Sequence record: OZ287723.1
Strand: one strand, 5' to 3'
DNA: 32,000 nt
Positions 1 through 7,271 of the stretch are shown one piece after another; the stretch's first letter is position 1; every line of letters starts with the position of its first letter. The notes below the pieces were generated by a model that did not search any database, had not been told where the DNA came from, and was given only the letters and a program-made list of their open reading frames with translations. A program made the position numbers and the translations under genes.

Positions 1-648
1 GATATTTTTTTTGAATTATCAATAATATTTTTTAATTTTATTCAACAAGAACAAATTTTTATTCAACTTCAAACATTTTCACAACAATTTTATTTTGAAA
101 TATTTTGTCAATCCTCAAAAATTATTTCTTTGTCCTTAGTGAGTACCATTGTCGAATATAATTTCAATAATATTACCCTGCTTGTAAACAAGCAGGGTAA
201 ATTAAATTCTATTAAAAAAAATTATTTTTTAAAATTTGCTTATTTATATAATAAGCAAAGTTTATTAATTTTTAGAAACTGGCTTTTAGATGTTACTATA
301 TTTTTGTTTTTTAGTTGGTTTGTCATAGTTTTAATTCCACAAATGTCTATTTTAAAAATTTTTTTTATTGAATTATTATTAAATTTAAATGAAATTTTAA
401 AGTGCTTTTTTCTTATATTTGTTCTCGATTTAGTTGTTGGATTTCATTCTTCAAAAAGTTGGGAAATTTCTTTATATTCAACTCTCGGGCATTTTGGATT
501 TCAAATTCACCAAAATCAAAATCTTATTGCTTTTTTTATTTCTATATTTCCTGTTTTTTTAGATACTATTTCTAAATATTGGGTTTTTCGTTATTTAAAT
601 AAGATCTCACCATGTACTGTTTTAACTTATCAAGCTATGATTGAATAA
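1..648 (+). CDS. cemA: CemA (Ycf10) envelope membrane protein, 5'-truncated by the window edge
   Basis: Frame 1 has no stop codon from nt 1 to the TTG at nt 130 where the ORF track begins, so the gene probably runs off the window. The C-terminal block GFHSSKSWEISLYSTLGHFGFQ...FPVFLDTISKYWVFRYLNKISPCTVLTYQAM matches the conserved CemA C-terminus (GFHS..GWE...FPV.LDT.FKYW.FRYLN..SPS), recalled from memory. Confidence 0.85.
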   Translation, partial: DIFFELSIIFFNFIQQEQIFIQLQTFSQQFYFEIFCQSSKIISLSLVSTIVEYNFNNITLLVNKQGKLNSIKKNYFLKFAYLYNKQSLLIFRNWLLDVTIFLFFSWFVIVLIPQMSILKIFFIELLLNLNEILKCFFLIFVLDLVVGFHSSKSWEISLYSTLGHFGFQIHQNQNLIAFFISIFPVFLDTISKYWVFRYLNKISPCTVLTYQAMIE

Positions 649-678
649 ATTTAAATTTACTTTAACCTATTTATTGCA

Positions 679-752
679 TGCGGGGTAGAGCAGTTTGGTA
701 GCTCGCAAGGCTCATAATCTTGAGGTCATAGGTTCAAATCCTATTCCCGCAA
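679..752 (+). tRNA. trnfM: tRNA-fMet (CAU), initiator-type by similarity
   Basis: A 74-nt cloverleaf was folded by hand: acceptor tgcgggg/tcccgca, D arm gagc/gctc, anticodon stem caagg/tcttg with loop cuCAUaa, T arm atagg-ttcaaat-cctat. The core GTAGAGCAGTTTGGTAGCTCGCAAGGCTCATAA..TTGAGGTCA..GGTTCAAATCC is near identical to plastid trnfM as I recall it. Confidence 0.9.
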
Positions 753-781
753 TCGAGTTCTTTTCAGATAAGCTAAAGCTA

Positions 782-916
782 ATGGAAAATTCAGCATTTT
801 TTTTTGCTGTTTTTTTATGGTGTCTTTTACTCAGTATTACTGGTTATTCGATTTATCTTGGATTCGGACCTCCTTCAAAGAAACTTCGAGATCCGTTTGA
901 AGAGCATAAAGATTAA
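782..916 (+). CDS. psbN: Photosystem II protein N (44 aa)
   Basis: [44 protein letters not shown] carries the PsbN signature ...[17 protein letters not shown]. The upstream part of track ORF 695..916 overlaps trnfM and is not coding. Confidence 0.95.
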   Translation: MENSAFFFAVFLWCLLLSITGYSIYLGFGPPSKKLRDPFEEHKD

Positions 917-922
917 CCTATT

Positions 923-1126
923 TTAAAATTTGAATATTTTGTTATTTAAATTACCGGAAGTATATGCTCCTTTTGCTCCATTAACTGATGTTTTACCTGT
1001 TGTTCCGGTATTCTTTTTTATTTTAGCTTTTGTTTGGCAAGCTTCTCTAAGTTTTCGATAATTGTTTTTGAAAACCTCAAACTCAAACTTAAACTTATTA
1101 TTACCATTATAAAATATAAAATACAT
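923..1126 (-). CDS. Hypothetical ORF (67 aa), doubtful
   Basis: The only support is an open frame in a 335-bp spacer. There is no hydrophobic segment and I recognise no family. It has short psbJ-like end motifs ([15 protein letters not shown]). Confidence 0.2.
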   Translation of the reverse strand: MYFIFYNGNNKFKFEFEVFKNNYRKLREACQTKAKIKKNTGTTGKTSVNGAKGAYTSGNLNNKIFKF

Positions 1127-1251
1127 AAAATTAAATTAAGAATATAAAGGTGATTTATTCTCAACTTATTAATTACATTATCAACATTATCAATATTTTA
1201 AAGTCAAGTGCTGTTTCTTAAAATAGCAATATCGCTATATTTAAAATATAT

Positions 1252-1350
1252 ATGATTACCGAAAGTCAAATATTTATCGCTATTTTTATTGCATTGATAA
1301 ATGCATTTCTCGCTTTAAGGTTAGGTGTTAATCTTTATACAATAAAATAA
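1252..1350 (+). CDS. psaM: Photosystem I subunit M (32 aa)
   Basis: Hand translation from ATG 1252 to TAA 1348-1350 gives MITESQIFIAIFIALINAFLALRLGVNLYTIK. This fits the PsaM pattern M..(S/T)(D/E).QIF(I/V)AL..AL....LA.RLG..LY. It is below the ORF-track length cutoff. Confidence 0.85.
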   Translation: MITESQIFIAIFIALINAFLALRLGVNLYTIK

Positions 1351-1383
1351 TAAAATAATAAATAAATAAATAAATTAAAGAGG

Positions 1384-1775
1384 TAATACTAAAACAAATA
1401 TTTTTCAAAATACAAAATTTAATTTAATACTAAAATGAATATTTTTCAAATTAATTTAATACTAAAACAAATATTTTTCAAAATACAAAATTTAATTTAA
1501 TACTAAAATGAATATTTTTCAAATTAATTTAATACTAAAACAAATATTTTTCAAAATATAAAATATAATTTAATACTAAAACAAATATTTTTCAAAATAT
1601 AAAATATAATTTAATACTAAAACAAATATTTTTCAAAATATAAAATATAATTTAATACTAAAACAAATATTTTTCAAAATATAAAATTTAATTTAATACT
1701 AAAATGAATATTTTTCAAAATATAAAATAATGAATATTTTTCAAAATATAAAATTAAAAATATAAAATTAAAAGT
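1384..1775. repeat. Complex AT-rich tandem repeat array (41-42 bp and about 32 bp units, with a higher-order repeat of about 74 bp)
   Basis: Unit aatactaaaacaaatatttttcaaaata(c/t)aaaat(a)t(a)attt alternates with the shorter variant aatactaaaatgaatatttttcaaattaattt twice (1384-1530). Four near-identical 41-bp units follow at 1531, 1572, 1613 and 1654, and the array then decays to about 1775. Confidence 0.9.
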
Positions 1776-1797
1776 AGTTTTTAAACTAAATTAGTCT

Positions 1798-1840
1798 TAA
1801 AATTTTGGTTGTATAAATTAAAATTACAACCAAAATTTTA
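1798..1840. terminator. Perfect 16-bp inverted repeat (stem-loop) at a convergent transcription boundary
   Basis: taaaattttggttgta (1798-1813) pairs with tacaaccaaaatttta (1825-1840) around an 11-nt loop. It lies 20 nt beyond the 3' end of minus-strand trnS and downstream of plus-strand psaM. In plastids such stem-loops are usually 3'-end processing or stability elements. Confidence 0.5.
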
Positions 1841-1859
1841 AAAGGAAAAAAATATTTGC

Positions 1860-1946
1860 AGGAAAAGGGGGGATTCGAACCCCCGGTAGTTTTTAAACTA
1901 CGACAGTTTTCAAAACTGATACATTAAACCACTCTGCCACCTTTCC
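1860..1946 (-). tRNA. trnS: tRNA-Ser (UGA), long variable arm
   Basis: The reverse complement is GGAAAGGTGGCAGAGTGGTTTAATGTATCAGTTTTGAAAACTGTCGTAGTTTAAAAACTACCGGGGGTTCGAATCCCCCCTTTTCC(T). It has acceptor ggaaagg/cttttcc, anticodon loop uuUGAaa, a long extra arm and T arm ggggg-ttcgaat-ccccc. Confidence 0.9.
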
Positions 1947-1998
1947 ACCACCCCCAATAAATAATAATATCTATTAATTATTTAATTATTTTAGATGA

Positions 1999-2080
1999 TG
2001 GGTCGAACTGGATTTGAACCAGCGAAGGCATTGCCAACGGATTTACAATCCGTCCCCTTTAACCCCTCGGGCATCGACCC
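1999..2080 (-). tRNA. trnY: tRNA-Tyr (GUA)
   Basis: The reverse complement is GGGTCGATGCCCGAGGGGTTAAAGGGGACGGATTGTAAATCCGTTGGCAATGCCTTCGCTGGTTCAAATCCAGTTCGACCCA. It shows anticodon GTA and a long variable arm, and closely resembles plastid trnY. Confidence 0.92.
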
Positions 2081-2095
2081 ATTATTAAGGATAAT

Positions 2096-2392
2096 TGGGG
2101 ATAGAGGGACTTGAACCCTCACGGTTCAACGAACCAACAAATTTTCATATTCTTAAAGAATATGGACTCTATCTTTATTTTCAAAAAATATTTATTTTTT
2201 TAAATAGCTCCCGTCGAGTCTCTGCACCTTTCTTTACTTTAATATTAAAAGATATAAAGATAAAGAATTGGCTCAGGGTTTCATTATAAGATTCTCTGAA
2301 TTTGAGAGCTTTCACTTTTTTAATTTTTTAAAAAAGGCTCAATCAATTAAAATATTCAAGTCTGTAGCGTCTACCAATTCCGCCATATCCCC
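2096..2392 (-). tRNA. trnL: tRNA-Leu (UAA) split by a group I intron (5' exon 2358-2392, 3' exon 2096-2145)
   Basis: The 5' exon is GGGGATATGGCGGAATTGGTAGACGCTACAGACTT (35 nt). The 3' exon is AAAATTTGTTGGTTCGTTGAACCGTGAGGGTTCAAGTCCCTCTATCCCCA (50 nt). Joined, they give anticodon loop cuUAAaa. The exon lengths and the split between U34 and A35 are those of the classical plastid/cyanobacterial trnL intron. Confidence 0.93.
2146..2357 (-). other. Group I intron of trnL(UAA), 212 nt, no ORF
   Basis: The 5' exon ends in U and the intron ends in G (...gaatatg|aaaa). The intron contains the conserved trnL-intron blocks ttgattgagcc and aaaggtgcagagactcgacgggagct in the sense orientation. Confidence 0.9.
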
Positions 2393-2400
2393 CTTCTAGC

Positions 2401-2527
2401 ATCAGGTTTTTTTCCCACAAAGCAGCCCTTGCAGTAAATAAAACCCCTAAATTGTTGCACTTTCAAATTCGGAAAGGTGAGAACACTTGTTTGAATTCAA
2501 ATAAAAATAAGAAGTCATGAACAAGAT
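2401..2527 (-). rRNA. rrf: 5S rRNA, divergent; ends uncertain by about 20 nt
   Basis: The sense strand contains CACCTTTCCGAATTTGAAAGTGCAAC, aligning with the 5S loop C/helix III block CACCUGACCCCAUGCCGAACUCAGAAGUGAAAC. About 53 nt follow, ending GTGGGAAAAAAACCTGAT, comparable to the 5S 3' part. It sits directly downstream of rrl. I could not draw helix I convincingly. Confidence 0.55.
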
Positions 2528-2869
2528 TGAAGTGTTTCAAATTTCGTATAGACACTAGAATATTTATATTCGTTGCGAATCAAAAACAATCGACCATTAG
2601 TATTTCTTAGCTAAAATTTTTGCAAATCTTGTACTGGAAACCTATCTACCGGCTGATCTTGCCGGAGTCTTTTTAGAGAATATTCATCTTGAGGTGAGCT
2701 TCCCACTTATATGCCTTCAGCGGTACTCTTCTCCATACATAGCTACCCAGCGTTTCCTATAGGTATAAGAACTGGTACACCAGGGGTATGTTCTTCCAAG
2801 TCCTCTCGTATTATGGAAAAATTCTCTCAATATTCTATCGCTAATAGCAGATATGGACCAAACTGTCTC

Positions 2870-3669
2870 TTTTTAAGTAAAGACTATATCTTCATCTTTT
2901 TCATTTCAAATAATTGAAAAAGAGTTGCCGTATTATAATCATCGTTACTTTTAATACGAATAAGGATGGATGACTATCTTGTATTTAACTAATTTAAATA
3001 CAAAGTCGTTACGGGGTCAAACTATTTTTTATATAATTTATGTGGAAAAAAACGGGGAATTAAATCCATTTGAGTAATGAGAATTCGAAATTTACTATAT
3101 TGGCTTCCATCAATAACTAAAATCCATTTAGATATCCCTGCTCGTAAAATTTTTGTGTTTATATTGAATTGATTTTTGAATAATTGTTTTAATAGCAATC
3201 TTTCTTCTGGAGTCCAATATGTTACTTCAAATTTTATGCTACGTTGTTTATTTATTTTGGTGCCGTTCCCAGCAAACCATAAAGTTACAAAAGGAATACT
3301 AAAAAAACAAGCTATGGTTGATGGTAAACTTTTTCGTTTTCCACCTCCTATCGGCTTATACCACATATTTCGAAAACTTTTACAAATATCTAGAGTTTGA
3401 AAACTATTTCGTAAAGATATTTGCAATTTTTCATAAAGCCATTTAACAAATAGGCGTTTTTGCTTATTGCTTTGGTCTGCTCCACCGTTGGACATGATAT
3501 AACCATGAAGAATATCTCGTAACTCCCGTGATATTCGAATATTAAGCTTTTTCCACTTTTTTTGTTTCATCAACTTTGTTGACTTCCCTCGGGGTCACCG
3601 CTTTTCAGGGTTTCACCGATATGAGGCAAATTTTTCTCGCAAATCACTTTGCGGGGTCGCGAGACATTC
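2870..3669 (-). mobile_element. Group I intron B in rrl (about 800 nt, site about E. coli 2596-2598) carrying a LAGLIDADG ORF
   Basis: Flanking exons read ..tcagaacgtcgt(ga) and (ga)gacagtttggtcc, which together restore the universal GAACGUCGUGAGACAGUU. The 3' core element aagatatagtc resembles the Tetrahymena P7/P9.0 segment AAGAUAUAGUC. A possible P1 forms between exon gtcgt and intron gcgac. The exact junction is ambiguous within 2 nt. Confidence 0.8.
3022..3573 (-). CDS. Intron-encoded double-motif LAGLIDADG protein (183 aa), catalytic residues apparently lost
   Basis: Motif 1 is ILHGYIMSNGGA (family pattern ..G.LLGDG..). Motif 2 is TLWFAGNGTK (family pattern LAYWFMDDGS.). The downstream part, EVTYWTPEERLLLKQLFKNQFNINTKI...WILVIDGSQYSKFRILITQMDLIPRFFPHKL, follows the LAGLIDADG_2-type pattern T.sFt.eEv..L...L...F.l......y.i.I...s..kf..li.pyi.psm.YKl, recalled from memory. 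Confidence 0.8.
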   Translation of the reverse strand: MMKQKKWKKLNIRISRELRDILHGYIMSNGGADQSNKQKRLFVKWLYEKLQISLRNSFQTLDICKSFRNMWYKPIGGGKRKSLPSTIACFFSIPFVTLWFAGNGTKINKQRSIKFEVTYWTPEERLLLKQLFKNQFNINTKILRAGISKWILVIDGSQYSKFRILITQMDLIPRFFPHKLYKK

Positions 3670-3681
3670 ACGACGTTCTGA

Positions 3682-3902
3682 CAAAAAATAATCCACATTT
3701 TTCGATGTGGTTCGGACTATATCTTCAATTAGGTGGTTATTATACTAATTGTTTAACATATAGTCTCTGGGGATCCTATTTTGTTTCCTGCAGATTGTCT
3801 CCATGTAAGCACTATTTTTACATCCTTTTCTTAAAATGTAAGTGACATTGTTTGAAGATATTCCCGCATATAGTTAAATTTATAAAGTTGAGCTCATAAC
3901 GT
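3682..3902 (-). mobile_element. Group I intron A in rrl (221 nt, no ORF, site about E. coli 2584/2585)
   Basis: The exons ..catgagttgggt and tcagaacgtcgt.. join to give GAGTTGGGTTCAGAACGTCG, the plastid form of GAGCUGGGUUUAGAACGUCG. The 5' exon ends in U and the intron ends in G. The core contains cagagactatatg ... agatatagtccgaacc (compare Tetrahymena GAUAUAGUCGGACC), followed by a P9-like hairpin ccacatcgaaaaatgtgg. Confidence 0.8.
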
Positions 3903-3919
3903 ACCCAACTCATGTTTCA

Positions 3920-3951
<32 letters not shown>

Positions 3952-3994
3952 GTGCTACCGCCCCAGGTTGTGAAAAGTCGACATCGAGGTGCCA

Positions 3995-4027
<33 letters not shown>

Positions 4028-4037
4028 TGAGCCTGTT

Positions 4038-4335
4038 CAAATTGTTATCGTTAAAGCTCTTTATCTTTAACATCTTTATGTTTTCATAAAGTTCAGACTA
4101 TGTCATCAACTTTACTTTTTTGATTACATATCAATTTTTAAAGTTGCTGGGCGCTCGTGGAGTTTTCTAGTTGAAGATCGAAAAAACTCTAGTCGTTGAA
4201 CGTTCTTATTTACTAATATTTATTCTTCTTTCAATAAGCTTCGCTGCAAGTTGACTTATCTCAAAAGACTTAGTTTTCTTGCAATTCACCCAGTTTTTTT
4301 TCAATGTGTTATCACAAAGGGGGACAAATATATCT
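4038..4335 (-). mobile_element. Group I intron C in rrl (298 nt, no ORF, site E. coli 2449)
   Basis: The exons ..ctccggggat and aacaggctcatc.. restore GGGGAU|AACAGGCU. The 5' exon ends in U and the intron ends ..caatttg. It carries an internal gacatagtctgaac P7-like element. Confidence 0.8.
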
Positions 4336-4524
4336 ATCCCCGGAGTAACTTTTATCTTTTGTGCGACGGCCCTTCCACGAGGTATACCGTCGGATCATTA
4401 AGACCGGCTTTCGCCTCTGCTTGACTTATAAGTCTTGCAGTCAAGCTTCCTTTTGCCTTTATACTCAAAAACTGATTTCCGTCCAGTTTGAGAAAACCTT
4501 TGTAAACCTCCGTTACTTTTTAGG

Positions 4525-4834
4525 CAATTAATTTTCTTAAGTTTTAGTTTTTTTTCTTAAGCTCTTTCTGTTTCCAGACAGTTTAGACTCTATCTTTTTC
4601 TATTTCTAGAAATCGAGCGTATAGTCGTTGAGGGATCAATATATTTTATTTTGACTTCCCTGCTGATTGTCCGCTCCCGATGTTTTTTATTGATTCTTAA
4701 AGGAATCAATATCATCGATATTTCATTCTTTTATCCTGCAAACGTAACGATATTTGGGGACTTAGACACGGAAGTTCCAGCATATAGCTCGAAGTTTATT
4801 TATATATTGCTATATAAAGACCCCCACAAAATTT
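4525..4834 (-). mobile_element. Group I intron D in rrl (310 nt, no ORF, site about E. coli 2262/2263)
   Basis: The exons ..ttggggcgaaaacct and cctaaaaagtaacggaggtt.. restore the P-loop-proximal GGGGCGGUCxCCU|CCUAAAxxGUAACGGAGG. The 5' exon ends in U and the intron ends ..aattaattg. Internal elements are caacgactatacg ... agatagagtctaaac. Confidence 0.8.
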
Positions 4835-5151
4835 AGGTTTTCGCCCCAAAAAAACTGCCCACCTGACACTGTCAAGTGTCCTGCTGAAAAGGAAACACTT
4901 TTAGAATTCTCGTTGTTCAAGGGTGGTCTCTCAAAAATGGCTCAATTAAATCCACAAACCTAATTTCTCAGCCTCCCACCTAGACTGCGCAAAAACAATT
5001 GGAAACCAATATCAAGATACAGTCAAGCTTCCGGGGTCTTTCTGTCTTACTATTAGAAGTTCGCATCTTCACGAACATGTCTATTTCACCGAGCCTCTCT
5101 CCGAGACAGTACTCTTTTGATTACGCCTTTCGTGCGGGTCACAACTTACGT

Positions 5152-5182
<31 letters not shown>

Positions 5183-7271
5183 GAGTTACGGCCGCCGTTC
5201 ACCGGGGCTTCAGTTATCAGCAAAAATTTAACCAATTTCTTTAACCTTACGGCACTGGGCAGGCGTCAGCTCCCATACATTGTCTTACGACTTTGCGGAA
5301 ACTTATGTTTTTGATAAACAGTTCAAAGAATCATTTCACTGCGACCTCTACTATTTCTAGAGGTACCCCTTCTCCCGAAGTTACGGAGCTATTTTGCCGA
5401 GTTCCTTAGAGAGAGTTCCCTCGCGCCCCTTAGTATACTCAACCGACCTACCTGTGTTGGTTTAAGGTACAGGTTATTTAAATTATACGGTGTCTCAAAC
5501 TTTTCTTGGAAATTTGACAAAACTCTAATTAACAATTGTCCCAATTGTATTATATTGTGTCAAAAGAGAAACTGTTGGTTTATGCCTTCATACTAAATAG
5601 CTAAAATTTTTTTTTTTTAACCATATGTTGGACATTTCCATTACAACCATTAGTAATTACTTAGGTATTGCCTTTTTCGTGATTTGTCACCAAATTCAAA
5701 TAAGTACAGGAATATTGACCTGTTTTCCATCGATTACGCTTTTCGGCCTTATCTTAGGTCCTGACTAACCCTCCAGGGACGAACCTTGTAGAGGAAACCT
5801 TAGGTTTTCGGGGCATTGGATTCTCACCAATGTTTTCGTTACTCAAGCCGACATTCTCACTTCTGTTTGATCCAATCTCTTTTTCAATGAGTCTTCACCT
5901 CTAAAAACAGAACGCTCCCCTACCGAGACTTTTTTAATTTTAAATAAAAAAAATTAAAAAAGTCTCTCATAGCTTCGGCAAATAGCTTAGTCCCTTACAT
6001 TTTCGGTGCATCTACGCTGTTTTACCAGTGAGCTATTACGCATTCTTTAAAGGATAGCTGCTTCTAAGCGAACCTTCTGGCTGTTTTTGCGTTGAAACTT
6101 CCTTTACCACTTAGCTATTATTTAGGGGCCTTAGCTGATGATCTGGGCTGTTTCCCTTTTGACTTTGGAGCTTATCCCCCAAAGTCTCACAAATTCCCGG
6201 CAAACTTCTATTAAGCATTCGGAGTTTGTGACAGTTTGTTACCATTTAATTGGCTCGTACCGAAACAGTGCTCTACCTCTTAATAGTGCATCGACAATTG
6301 CTGCGCCTAAACGCATTTCGGGGAGAACCAGCTAGCTCCGAGTTCGATTGGCATTTCACCGCTAACCACAACTCATCCGTCGATTTTTCAACATCGGTCG
6401 GTTCGGACATCCACTAAGTCTTACCTTAGTTTCTTCCTGGTCATGGTTAGATCACTCGGGTTCGGGTCTATAATTTATGACATTTTCAACGCCTTTTTAG
6501 ACTTGTTTTCACTTTGGCTACAGAAAATTTCTTTAACCATGCCAAAAACTATAAGTCGCCGGCTCATTCTTCAACAGGCATGCGGTCAATAGTTCTCCCA
6601 CAGATTGATTGCTCTAGGTTTTACAATCTATTTCACTCCCCTCTAGGGGTTCTTTTTCACCTTTCCCTCACGGTACTTTTCGCTATCAGTGACTCAAGAG
6701 TATTTAGTCTTACGAGGTGGTCCTCGTAGATTCACAAGGGATTTCACGTGTCCCAAGCTACTCGGGATATTGTTCTTAAAGATTGAAAACTGGACTTTCA
6801 CCATCTATGGTACAGGTTTCAGCTGCTTAAACTCTCTTTTTTTTTTGAACTTCCCACAACCCTGAATTAATCAGTTTAGACTAATTCCGTTTCGCTCGCC
6901 GCTACTCAGGAAATCGCGTTTGCCTTTTTTTCCTTTAGTTAATAAGATGTTTCAATTCACTAAGTTATTTCTTACTGATTTATGAATTTTTTCAGTAGTT
7001 TTAAAGATTGCTCTATTAGGGAACTTCTAGATCAATGTTCTGTCCAACTTTCTAGAAATTATCGCAGGTTTACACGCCCTTCATCATCTTTGAGTCCTTA
7101 GGTATTCACCTAAAGCATTATATTCTTTTTGATTCAAATAAATAATTTCGACACACGATATTCTATCAATCCAGTCAGCCTTTCTAATTTAGATTTACTA
7201 AATTACTTTTTGATTTGACAAAAAAAATTATTTATGTTGAAATAATTTAACAAAAGTCAATTTTTACTTTT

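Noticed and set aside
695-781. N-terminal extension of the psbN ORF (track ORF 695-916).
   Set aside because: The extension is the body of trnfM read as protein. PsbN homology starts at the ATG at 782.
1384-1775. Possible CRISPR array.
   Set aside because: The units are directly abutting tandem repeats with no unique spacers, and the sequence is pure AT. There are no cas genes, and the context is a plastid genome.
2095-2289. A 64-aa plus-strand ORF over the trnL(UAA) 3' exon and intron.
   Set aside because: It is antisense to a well-supported tRNA exon and the conserved group I intron core, and has no protein signature.
7136-7271. Sigma70-type promoters for ftsH (TTGACA at 7217-7222) and for rrl (TTGACT on the minus strand near 7258).
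   Set aside because: The -35-like hexamers are present, but I could not pair them with convincing -10 boxes at 16-18 nt spacing. In DNA this AT-rich such matches are expected by chance, so they are not reported as features.
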